Below, in pieces: positions 44,940-55,837 of a DNA stretch of 64,000 nt. Location of the stretch: the NCBI GenBank assembly GCA_964035545.1, contig OZ037768.1:7658741-7722740 (forward strand), in the 5' to 3' direction. Origin of the DNA: Bugula neritina. Taxonomy: Eukaryota; Animalia; Bryozoa. Numbering within the stretch: the first letter of the stretch is position 1; the number at the start of each line of letters is the position of its first letter. Under the pieces are notes generated by a model. That model was not told the DNA's origin. It made no database searches and worked only from the letters and a program-made list of their open reading frames with translations. Made by a program: the position numbers and the translations under genes.

Positions 44940-47283
44940 TGTTATCACGGCAGTTAATAAATTTTCTTTGTGAAAATGAGTGAAATTGGCATTGTGATTG
45001 TAAAGTATATTAGATTTAAGATTTGGTATCGCAGTCTTACAGGAAACTAAGCCTACTTCCTACTAGAGTCGCTAAAAACTATTCCCAAGCCGCTTACTCA
45101 GTAGTAAAGTGTTCGCAAACCAATGCATTGGAAACGGAAACTCTTATGCTTACAGACAACAGACTTACACCAGTAGTGTCATTATTTTAATCCTATCCTT
45201 TGATTAGTTCTTCACAAAGTATAGAGGAAATAAAAAGAAGGAAAATTGACGAGTTGAACTATGAGAAGAAAATAAATTGGAAAATAAAAAAAAGTCTCGT
45301 CTAACTGAATATATTGTAGATCTAGCCTGCAGTCAGATAACTCAATTTAATCATGTCAGTTGGCTAAAAGTAAATACAAATTTCAAAAGCAACAAGTTAA
45401 AGTTTCAATTATGTAAAATAGATGAGAAATAAATAAAAGATACTAATTTTACTGTCTTTCAACAAGAAACTTATAATTAACTACTAACCGGTTGTAGCCT
45501 AATTATAATTGATAACGATGCATATACATATTGCACCTATAAGGAAGACCATAGCTAAATTTCAACATTGCAAAATTAAGTACTGCCTACATACTCACGT
45601 CAATACAACTGTGAATTTTGGCTAAATGTGAAAAACACATAATTATTGTATACAAAGAAGCATATCAATAATAAAACATTATTAGGTATAAATAGTAAAG
45701 CTGTGTGAAACTTTTGTAAATCTGTGTCTTTGTTAAAAAATATCATAGCCTTTCACTGTGAAAATTATAAAAATTATAAGCTATTAATAGTTTTTAATTA
45801 TGTAATATATATTAAACTGTGAAGGTATATATCACAACATGTGTATAATGTTTCATAATAATATATTGCAAGTTAATTTACAACTTTTGCATTTACAAAA
45901 GTAATCAGTGCACCACTATTGCTAATTAAAATATATAAGAAAACTTATATTTTTGTGTCAAGCCTTTAAAAGTTTACCAGAAACTCAAGTTTTATGAGCT
46001 TTAAATTAGCTTATGCCTGGATTGGAAGTCAAGTACACATAACATATAATTTAATCTTTAACCACTAAATGTCATGTTTGTATATTATTGATTAATCATT
46101 TAATGAAACAATTTGTTGTTGATAAAATCAGTTTTAGATCTTGCATTTTTACTTTTCATATTTAGTTGTCCTGGTTTCACATTTGCAATCGTGCATAAAA
46201 ATACCCATTTTGTATAATTATCAAATATGGCAATACAAACTAAAAATTTCTTAACTATTATTACACAATATGTGCATATTACTCTAACAAGGGCAGTAAC
46301 CATGGCATATCGAAGTATCATGTTAACTAGTTCCTGCATGTTTAGAAAATTGTTCAGGGGTTTAATTGCAAAATGAACCAATTCTACCATTCTGCTATTC
46401 ACAATTGATCGAGATGCTTGCACATCTATTTCCTTGACTAATAACAACTGAATAATTTAGTTGAGGGAAATATGCATCCAAGTCCCATAACTCAAGTAGT
46501 TTTACAAACTGGTGACAATATTGAGGCACAGTATGTATAGGCGACATTATTGTGTAGCGAATGCTTCTTTTAACTGTTTGTAGGTTAAGCTGTCTGTAGA
46601 ATTATATTATAGAAACTATATATCTTTTCCACTGGACATGATTTATCTTTAATTTTGAGTCTGAATCTAAGAATACCAATAGCACACATTAAAGTAATTT
46701 ATAGCTTTTCAAACCATCATCTTATCAGATAATGGAAAACTTTCTTCAGCTTTTAAGAACAATTATATTTCAGAATTCTAATAATAATGCTTAGGCTTAG
46801 TGATATCATGCCTATAGTTCGTGCATATTTATTAAGTTATGTATTGATGAAGAAGATTGTAGCGTAGATAATATGCCTCTTCATGCTGTGCGTAAATTTC
46901 TTTATTTTACTGCATATTAGGGGGAAAAAATAAGTTATTAAGAAAGTGATTAAATGCATATTTATGTTTTAAAAAGTGTTGGATTAAAGTTAAATAGTTT
47001 TTGAAAAATCAAGAATTAAATAACAAAAGAATAGAAGTTGAAGTACACATTTATTTTGACTTATACCAGTTCAAATTAGAATTTCAACGAATACTAGTAC
47101 AATTAGAAATTCTACCAGACTTCAGCATGCACCAAAGCTTGTTCAAACTATCTTTAGCATAGTTCACAAAATGATGAACTCAGACTTCCACAATTAATTC
47201 TTACTGCGCTTGAAAACCTGGCAGTCTGGCTGATAATTTGTCTGCAGCAAGCTCTATAATGGCACTTAATTAGCTAATTGTCT

Positions 47284-47296
47284 GATTGGTCCAATC
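47284..47296. promoter_or_regulatory. Inverted CCAAT-box pair upstream of NUAK (candidate promoter element)
   Basis: GATTGG-T-CCAATC, a perfect inverted repeat, in a CpG-containing patch about 250 nt upstream of the NUAK ATG. Confidence 0.35.
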
Positions 47297-47537
47297 TCAG
47301 TAATTACTGTGCGTTTCAGTGACTTGCACGATTATGCTAGCGCACGCCCACTTCCAACAATAGTGCGTTGCTTTATGACTAGCATCATCAAGCTTGAGTG
47401 GCCATTGCTTAAAAAGTGCTCAACGAACCAGGTACGCATAAGAAATTGGCGATAATCTAAAAGTTTAAAGTAACTTTATTGAAGCTCTACTATTATATAC
47501 CAATAAAAAAACTTTTTACAAGATTTAGGCATTGGGT

Positions 47538-50500
47538 ATGCATGATAACAGGACAAATATGGCTGACATAGCATTACATCACCAGCCAAAGCATGGATAT
47601 CATCACTTAAAACACAGATTTGAAATTCTAAAGTCACTTGGATCTGGTACTTATGGCAAAGTAAAGTTGGCATTAGACAGAAAAACAGGGCAAAAGGTAA
47701 GCTCTACAAATAAACTTTTAGCTAGTAGAATTCAGCAGCTTACAAATTTCTCTTTTAGTAAATTTACTTGCTGAGTAAAGTCGAAATTTTATAGTTATAG
47801 TATATCATTATCTTGCTGCTAAATGAACTAGACTTATACTATATTGATTCTTGCAGCATACAACAAACAAATTGAGGGGGCAATAAGTTTTTGGTCAATT
47901 CTGCTTTTTAATTTTATAAACTAAAACATAATTATAACATATTTTTATCGTAATAGATTTTAGAATACTCGCAAGCACTCTAACTCTATAATATTAATAA
48001 TGACTACATCAACACTAGAACTTTACTGACTGCTGTTATTTTAATTGTGCAAAATGCAATTTTAATCTTCAATTTTGGACAATATTTGATATGCTGTGAT
48101 AGCTGTTCAAGTCGCAGTTAAATCGACAAATATTGAATGTTCATTGTATGTTTTAGGCTCTTCGTTAAATAAAATATTCCCCTTCTTACTTGTGCAGACA
48201 TTATAATCAACCATTAGATGCTATTATATACAACAACTATACCATATATAAAATTTCTTGTTTGAATAAATAAGTGTTTTAATTTAAAAGTATTGTTGAT
48301 TTCGAAATTTTAACAGATTGCTGTTTGCACACTGAATGCGGGAGGCAGCTGACTATTTATGTAGGATCCCATTACTAGCATGACATCGGAGATGCAGTTA
48401 TTGTATAACTAGTGTTCAGCCCAATATGCAAATATTGACTTTTGCATAATTTTGAGCTACATAATTACTCCATTATATAATTTATAAACATGTTTGCTTT
48501 CTCATAGGTTGCCATCAAATTTATTGCGAAAAAGAAGATTGCATGTGAACAAGATTTGACAAGAATACGACGAGAGATAGATATAATGGTGTCTCTCAAA
48601 CACAAGAACATAATACAGATTTTAGAAGGTAGGTTTACTGCAAGTACACCACTAATTTACTTTAACCAGAGGCTTAGCATCTTCTCTATCAACTTCAACC
48701 AACTGGTTAGATGTAAAGACTATAATGGGTATAGAAACTGTGGGTAATTTCATTATCAAAACTCACTTCCCTAAAGGCTAAACTCATCCATTTTGGTTAT
48801 GAAGGAATAATGGCATCAGGTGCAATTAAAGAAAGGATCCCTGGATGCCGTTGCTAATCCCTTGTATAAAATTAACCTACTATTGTTAAGATACTAGGCA
48901 GTTCAATGGATGATTGCTTTTAATTATGGCTAAGGTTTATGTTTTGTGAAATGTGAATGCCCCTGAAAGTTTTTTGTATAAAGATTTCGTGATGCTCTTT
49001 TGGCAGTTTAGCACTAATTAACTTGTCAATATAATCTTATAAAAGAATTATAAATCCTCCATGTATTTATAAAAGCATAGTCTTGGTTCTTATGAAGAGG
49101 TAGTGTGGTGGCTCCGGGCAATATGCCAACAGCCTTAAAAAATGTCAACCAATTTTAATGACATCGATTTCTTGTCACTCATAGCAACTAAAAGATTACC
49201 ATAGCTTTTACTAAGGAACAACTATGAGGTTGCTATACAGAGTTTAATTATAGAACCAATAGAATTATCAACCATAACATGCGACTTAAACTTGCATGCA
49301 ACTGCATATAATGCCTGTCTATATTCATTTATTTCTTAATAATAATATAATCTTAACTATCAGGGCAATGACACTAGGGCAGATGCATAACTGACTGACA
49401 AGCTGGCACACATAGGTGCTAGTACCTATCACAGCTTTTGTTCTGCTAGAGACTAGAAAACAATATCTTTTCCCAGTTTGAATTAATATTTGCTTAGTTT
49501 TGTTTACTATGGTGTTGATATATTGCTTTATTAGTTTTGGTGACACCCTTCTTCACCATTTGATTGGAGTAGAAGATAAGATTGTGTTGTGGCATTCAAT
49601 GACTCAATTCTATAGAGTATAGACACTATGCCTTATTACTTAATGTTTGCTTATTGAATTACACTATTAGTGAATAGTGTTCAATAGTCTTATAACATCA
49701 CAGAATGTGGTCCACCCATACTTTTATAGCTCATGGGAATATGATTTATTTTCATTCTTTAGCCCTTGCCTAACAGTTTTCATTGTCTCTAATAATGGCC
49801 TATCTTTCTCATGAAATATAATGCTACCATTTCACATATTATTTATAAAGTGCAGGTTCTCAGTTTCATATAATAAATTATTATTTCTAATATCGTCAAC
49901 ATATAGCAACACTCTGACTCATAAAATGAATTAGCGCTATACATACAGAATATGAAATAATTGAAAAATTAAACAAAATTGCAATGAAGCAACAATCCAC
50001 ACTGGAGTTCGTTATATTTTAGTGTTTGAAAGCAAGGAGAAGATAATTCTAGTACAAGAGTATGCAAATGGCGGAGAGCTTTATGACTTAATCAGCACAA
50101 AATCTAGACTCACTGAGAAAGAAGCCAGAATACTGTTTAGACAAATAGTATCAGCTGTACGTTATCTCCATGAGGTAAGTCATCGCAATACCTTTTAACC
50201 TACTTTTCACCTCACAACTACTTTTCACTTGTCTGTTGGTTTTTTATACTGCAAACATATTCTGTATTTAGAAACGCATGCCGTAGGAATGTTACAGTAG
50301 TATTAGATTGGATTAGTTTTTCTTTGTGCGCCCTTCTTCTTTGTTAGCCTGTTACGTACTTACAGTCTCTGATTCAGTGATTCCCCCTGCAAGGACTTAT
50401 TAGCAATCTGTTTACATTTCACTCCTTCTAATGCTTTGAATAAAAAATAGTTTGTTTATATTGTAATTACTCACTGACTGCTCTATAGCTGTGAGGTGAT

Positions 50501-53500
50501 GTAAGAATTCATTGTTTTAAAACTTTCCATTGTTTGCTGTTAAAAGGTGATATTTTTTCAGGTGTATCAAAATCAAGTTTGGCCTTCTGAATGTTATGTT
50601 TTAAAGCTTGCTAAGTTTAAAGATTACATTAACTTTCAATAAAGTTTATTTTTTTAATTGGTTAAGTGTGCTTCGGGCAGTGTTTTTAAATAACACCTGA
50701 TAGTATCCATCAGGGTTGGGGTCAATTACATGTAAATGTAATTAATTACAATTACAATTACATGAAGATTTGTCAATTACAATTACAATTATAATTACAG
50801 TTAAAAGGTAATGTAATTAATTACAATTACAATTACATGGTAATGTAATTAATTACAATTACAATTACTTTTGTTTTCACAAGGGATAACTAGAAGTTAT
50901 ACAATGTCATTTCTAGGGTCCAACTACCAGGGGCAATGTTGACAGTGGTGAACCTCCTTTGCTCCCAATAGTGACACTATAGGGTCAATCCATGCCAAAT
51001 CAACCAAATTTTAAGGGGTCCCACGCCTTTGCTTCTCAGATTTTGCTTATATTTAAACTTGTCCGGTGTACTATTCGTGAATATTTCTGACATGACACAA
51101 AAACTTTTTGAGAAATGACTACATTTGTGAACAAAGGTTGGGAAAACTTTTAAGGAAAATTTGTGATTTCTACTCTTAAAAATTGATGTGGGGGATATTT
51201 AAAAAAATTTCAAAATTTACAAAAATCTGCCCATATTCGATGGTTTAGCATATATGCACACAAATTGTTCTGTAGTATGTGTTGCTACTAGTGCAAGTTG
51301 ATAGGTATTATCAAATTGCACAACAAATTTTAAGACTTAGTCTAGAAAAATGGTTGAGATATAGACATTTATAAATTGCTCTAAAAGTAGAAATCACCAA
51401 TTTTCCTTAAAGCTTTTCCCAACCTTTGTCCACAAATGTAGTCATTTCTCAAAAAGTTTTCTGTCAGGCCAAAAATATTTAAGAAGAGTACTCAGGACAT
51501 ATGTAGGTCTATTTGGTGTAAATATGAACAAACTCTGAGACACAAAAGCACCGGCCATGTGGTGAATTAGCATGGAATGACCCTATACTATATTGACTTA
51601 ATCTGAACTTGTTATTTAACAGTAGATATGGTAGGAAAAGAATGATTTTTCAAGATTTAAAAGTTTGAAGTAATTGACATGTAATTATAAAGTAATTGTA
51701 AAATTCAATTACATTAGCAATGTAATTAATTACAATTACAATTACAATTACATTTTTATACATCAATTACAAATTACATTCAATTACTTGAAAAAATGTA
51801 ATTAATTACAACCAATTACAATTACAAATTACAATTACCCCAACCCTGGTATCCATGCAATCCCTTGTTAACTACAGTTTTTCTAACTTGATGATCTCAA
51901 CTGTTCCTGTTATTGCAGAACGGAGTGGTACACAGAGATTTAAAACTAGAAAATATTCTACTAGACAAGCATGGCTCAATCAAACTCGCTGACTTTGGAT
52001 TGAGCAACATGTGGCAGCACAACAGACTCCTACGCACTTACTGCGGCAGCCCTCTATATGCCTCACCTGAAATAGTTAATGGAAAGCCTTACTATGGGCC
52101 GGAGGTATGTGTTGCAATGGGTGTGACTGATTTATATAGTCTTCAAGGAAGCAGTGTGTATCCGTACCACTACCACTATGCTAATAAGACAAGGTGCAGC
52201 TGGCTCAATTAGTCTAGCCAGAGACTTATCTATTCAAGCATAATATTGCTCTTTGAATAGTAATAATTAATCTTTCAGAATACTGCTGTTGTAATAGTTG
52301 TATATTTGACTCTTCTTAAGGAGCATTGCTATCCATAGTGATATTGAAAACAAAGAACTTCATCCCAATATAATATATAAGCACTGGTACACTGTACAGT
52401 TAGAACTTAAACTTATTTAAAGTTACAGCATATTTTTCCTTAAAGTGTTTCGTCAGAGTTTTTTCAGACTCACTCATTTCCTTGTATAAGTGTCATTGGT
52501 CGAAAGAGCTAAGCTCGGGTCCACTAACTCAATAGGTTGTCTCATTTTGGGTAAAGGCAGTGATGTATTACTTCCTAAGTGGTAGTTTACTTCCATTAAA
52601 CAGTTGTAAGTGCTATCCTATCAATTAGTTTAACTATTATCACTGCTGACCAAATTACTTTTCCTGCCAGTTGGAAATTGCTCAACTTTTCCCATATGTT
52701 GTTCGTACCACATGCTACTATCTCTGGAGCCTAGCCTCATTCATACTCTTGTTTTGTATAGGTGGACTGCTGGAGTCTTGGTGTTTTGTTATATACTCTG
52801 GTGTATGGTGCAATGCCCTTTGATGGAAGTGACTTTCACAAACTCCGAAGACAGATTTCCACGGGAGATTACTTTGAGCCAGCCAAGCAATCAGGTATGG
52901 GATGTAGACACATCTTCTTAAAAATTGCACATCATGATTCATATTTTGAATAGTTTGCTCAACACTATATTACTTCAGCTTTATTCTATAGAAAACCTCT
53001 TTCTCAAGTTACAAGTATTACTGACTGCCTGGCCACCATTTTTGTGTGCCATCCTATTATGTAAAACTATTGTTGCTTGTATGTTGATCTATGTTTAGCT
53101 TAAACCTATGCAGTATATTGTGCTGTTAACAAAGCTTCGTGTTACATAAGCCTCTCAATTGCAGTTGATAACCAGTCAATGACATCTAGTTTTGCTAATA
53201 GTTGTGCTAATACTTGCAGATGCCGCTGGTCTTATTAGCCGCCTACTTGAAGTTGATCCAGCCAAGCGAGCCAATATACTAGATGTGGCAGCTCATTGGT
53301 GGACCAATCATGAGCAAGAAGATTTACTAGCTTCTGCTGAATTATCTGAAAAACGAACCAGTGACTTTTTTGAAGAAGAAGATCCAGAAAGAATAAGCAC
53401 AGTCTTTGATTCAACCAAAAAACCCAAAAAGGGAATTCTAAAGCATCGGAGGATGAGTGGGGGAGATTCGGGCTGTGCGCTGTCGGATGCTAAGGAAAGT

Positions 53501-53719
53501 GAGATTTCATTATCTAAACTCGAGTCAGCTTTAGATGATGTCATCTTAAATTCATCAAGTAGTAAAACAAAGTCAGTCAAGACAGTGACATTACGTGAAG
53601 ACTCGACTTCCTCTTCAAAAAGACACAGTCTGAGCTCAAATTCATCAACTGACATGTTAGATTTTTGCTATGATAGCTCGAGTAATCATCTAGACTTGCT
53701 TCCTGTCTGTGAAGTATAA
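47538..53719 (+). CDS. NUAK1: NUAK family SNF1/AMPK-related Ser/Thr kinase (NUAK1/ARK5-like), about 416 aa
   Basis: Exons 47538-47696, 48508-48628, 50023-50174, 51919-52104, 52762-52894, 53220-53719 give 1251 nt in frame with GT-AG introns. Motifs: [53 protein letters not shown]-loop [50 protein letters not shown], and the NUAK-type GILK motif. An alternative in-frame ATG lies at 47559. Vertebrate NUAK1 versus NUAK2 orthology cannot be resolved. Confidence 0.93.
50711..51848. mobile_element. Non-autonomous hAT-type DNA transposon with (AATTAC)n subterminal arrays
   Basis: TIRs CAGGGTTGGGG...CCCCAACCCTG, a perfect 8-bp TSD GTATCCAT (50703-50710 and 51849-51856), and AATTAC/GTAATT arrays at 50724-50868 and about 51670-51838. 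It lies in NUAK intron 3. Confidence 0.88.
50982..51583. mobile_element. Long-TIR (foldback) non-autonomous DNA transposon nested inside the hAT-type element
   Basis: Termini GGGTCAATCCATGCCAAAT...AATTAGCATGGAATGACCC are flanked by TATA (50978-50981, 51584-51587). The inverted arms extend about 200 bp, for example AAAACTTTTTGAGAAATGACTACATTTGTGAACAAAGGTTGGGAAAA versus its complement at about 51414-51460. Confidence 0.8.
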
Positions 53720-54255
53720 CAGTTCTGCGTGAGAAACTGCTTGTAGCTTTTAAGAACTGTACAGTGTTTCTCCAAGCAACTTGAACGAGTCATGGGAAGA
53801 CAACCCTAACAGACTTGCCAACTATATTTATATGGTTCTCATTACTAGTCAAAAGTTTGTTCTAAGAAAACTTTAATGATATAATATAGAAATCTCATCT
53901 TTTGCAAGTGTATCTGATTTATGATATATTCATGTTCATCCCATATGCTTTATTTCGACTTAGCAGAATGATGTTTATTAATACATCTTTTTGCTGTAAA
54001 TATAATTCCTTGCATGTTTCCCAATTAGGTGCTCTCTTAAACAAATGGCAAATTGTCATGAAATTATCAATTTTTATTTTATTTCCAATTCTTAACTGAT
54101 TAGACGTCTACTTTTTGTTAGTAGTATACATGGTAGTTATATTCTACATTTTACGCCGTAGCACAATCATAATCCTGTGAATTTTTTTTATTTATAATAT
54201 TCTCTTGTTTTGTTACTGTTCTACATTTATTATCTCAATTACGGTGAATATTTAC

Positions 54256-54261
54256 AATAAA
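54256..54261 (+). terminator. Candidate polyadenylation signal (AATAAA) of NUAK
   Basis: AATAAA about 540 nt after the stop codon, followed by T-rich sequence. Confidence 0.4.
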
Positions 54262-54560
54262 TAATTTTCATGTTTCAATATATATAATTTATCTCTTTCT
54301 TGGTTTTTAAACTATGAGAAATAACCAAATTAGCCACTAGCATATGCAAAATATACAACTTAGGCACTTAGACTACTGCAGTAGTAAAGTAATGTAAAAC
54401 TGGGATTGGAGAAAATTTGACTAAGACATAATATCTCAATGTGTGAAATTGGATTAGCGATGTCACAATGTTACAAGGAATTAAATTCTATTTGCTAAAA
54501 ATAGAATATAAAGCACGAACTCAATTTCATCATTTAATAGCTCTTTGCATCATACCAATT

Positions 54561-54793
54561 ATGTTATGAAATCTGACAAGGAAATATTAAATCGCTACCC
54601 TTTAAGATTTATAAGGCCACGTGGATGTAGTTGTAACAAACAATTTTTTAATATATGCCCACATAAATAATATTTCAATGATATAATTTCATATAGCTGA
54701 AAGTTAATCTGGGTGACAAACAAGTTAATGGCTAGCAAAAACACTTCACTAAATAAAAACAGAATTGTTATTGTATTATATTTAGGAGTTATC
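54561..54793 (+). repeat. About 233-bp direct repeat, copy 1 (intergenic)
   Basis: Collinear and highly similar to 56704-56937, including an identical block CATAAATAATATTTCAATGATATAATTTCATATAGCTGAAAGTTAATCTGGGTGACAAACAAGTT. Confidence 0.9.
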
Positions 54794-55837
54794 AGTCCAG
54801 TTATTACCTGCAATGTTGACTACAAAGTTGTCTGCCCCACTGGACTGAAACTATAAGTTATAGTTCAATGGTCTGCCCCACCCTACCAAGTCATGCAGCA
54901 TGTTTCTAATGCTACAGTAGACATACTTTAATATCATGTTGCATTGCCTGGTTCAAATTATCATATTATGCATTGCTAACACCATTTTTTTGCTTTACTA
55001 GCTGCATAAAGGTGGTCTGTTGAACATTGTGTCAGGTCCACATATGCATCATATTAGTATAAGTATACTATTTCAGCAGCATGTTTGAAATGCTAAATTA
55101 TAAAATATTAAGAAAATTTGCATAAAATTAAAAAATTTTGTTGATATTGACAAGTTAGACATTATAAGTTTAGGTAAACATACATCATTAATGGTGTACT
55201 ACGTATGTGCTTGTTGCTATTTTTTGTTAAGATAGGGGCGCATTGAGCCAAATATCAACTAATTCAATAGAAAATGCAAATGGACATGCAAATTATACTA
55301 ATCTAATGATTACTGTTTTAGGCGAGAAGTTATTTGCTGAAGCATATTTAAATACTAAATCACAAAACTATACTAAATAAATAAAGAGTGCCAGCAAAGC
55401 AAATATCACTCGACTATAACTAGTTTATACAGTAAATGACCTCTTCAAAAAACTTATTCAAATGAATTAAAATTATTATTAACACTATTTTAGTTTTTTA
55501 AATACCCAGCAGAAGGTAAATTTGGGAAGTCTCAGTCTTGAATATTTTGGAATAAAATGATATTCTTCTAGAGCTTTTAGCGGCTGAAAGAGGGGAAGGG
55601 ATCACAGTCACCCACTTGTGAATGTCAATATTTGTATAAGAACTTTGGCTCCTTACTGATGATATAATAACTGTTGGCATAGTGTATTCATTCCCTGAGA
55701 ACTCTTCTCAGCTAAGGGTAGCAAGTAACTTTTTTTAGAGTTGAACTATTTACATGATTGCTTACTAAAAACACTTTGCTTCATAAATTAATGTAAAAAC
55801 AGCAACTTTGAAGCTATATGTGAGATTTATAAGAGCT

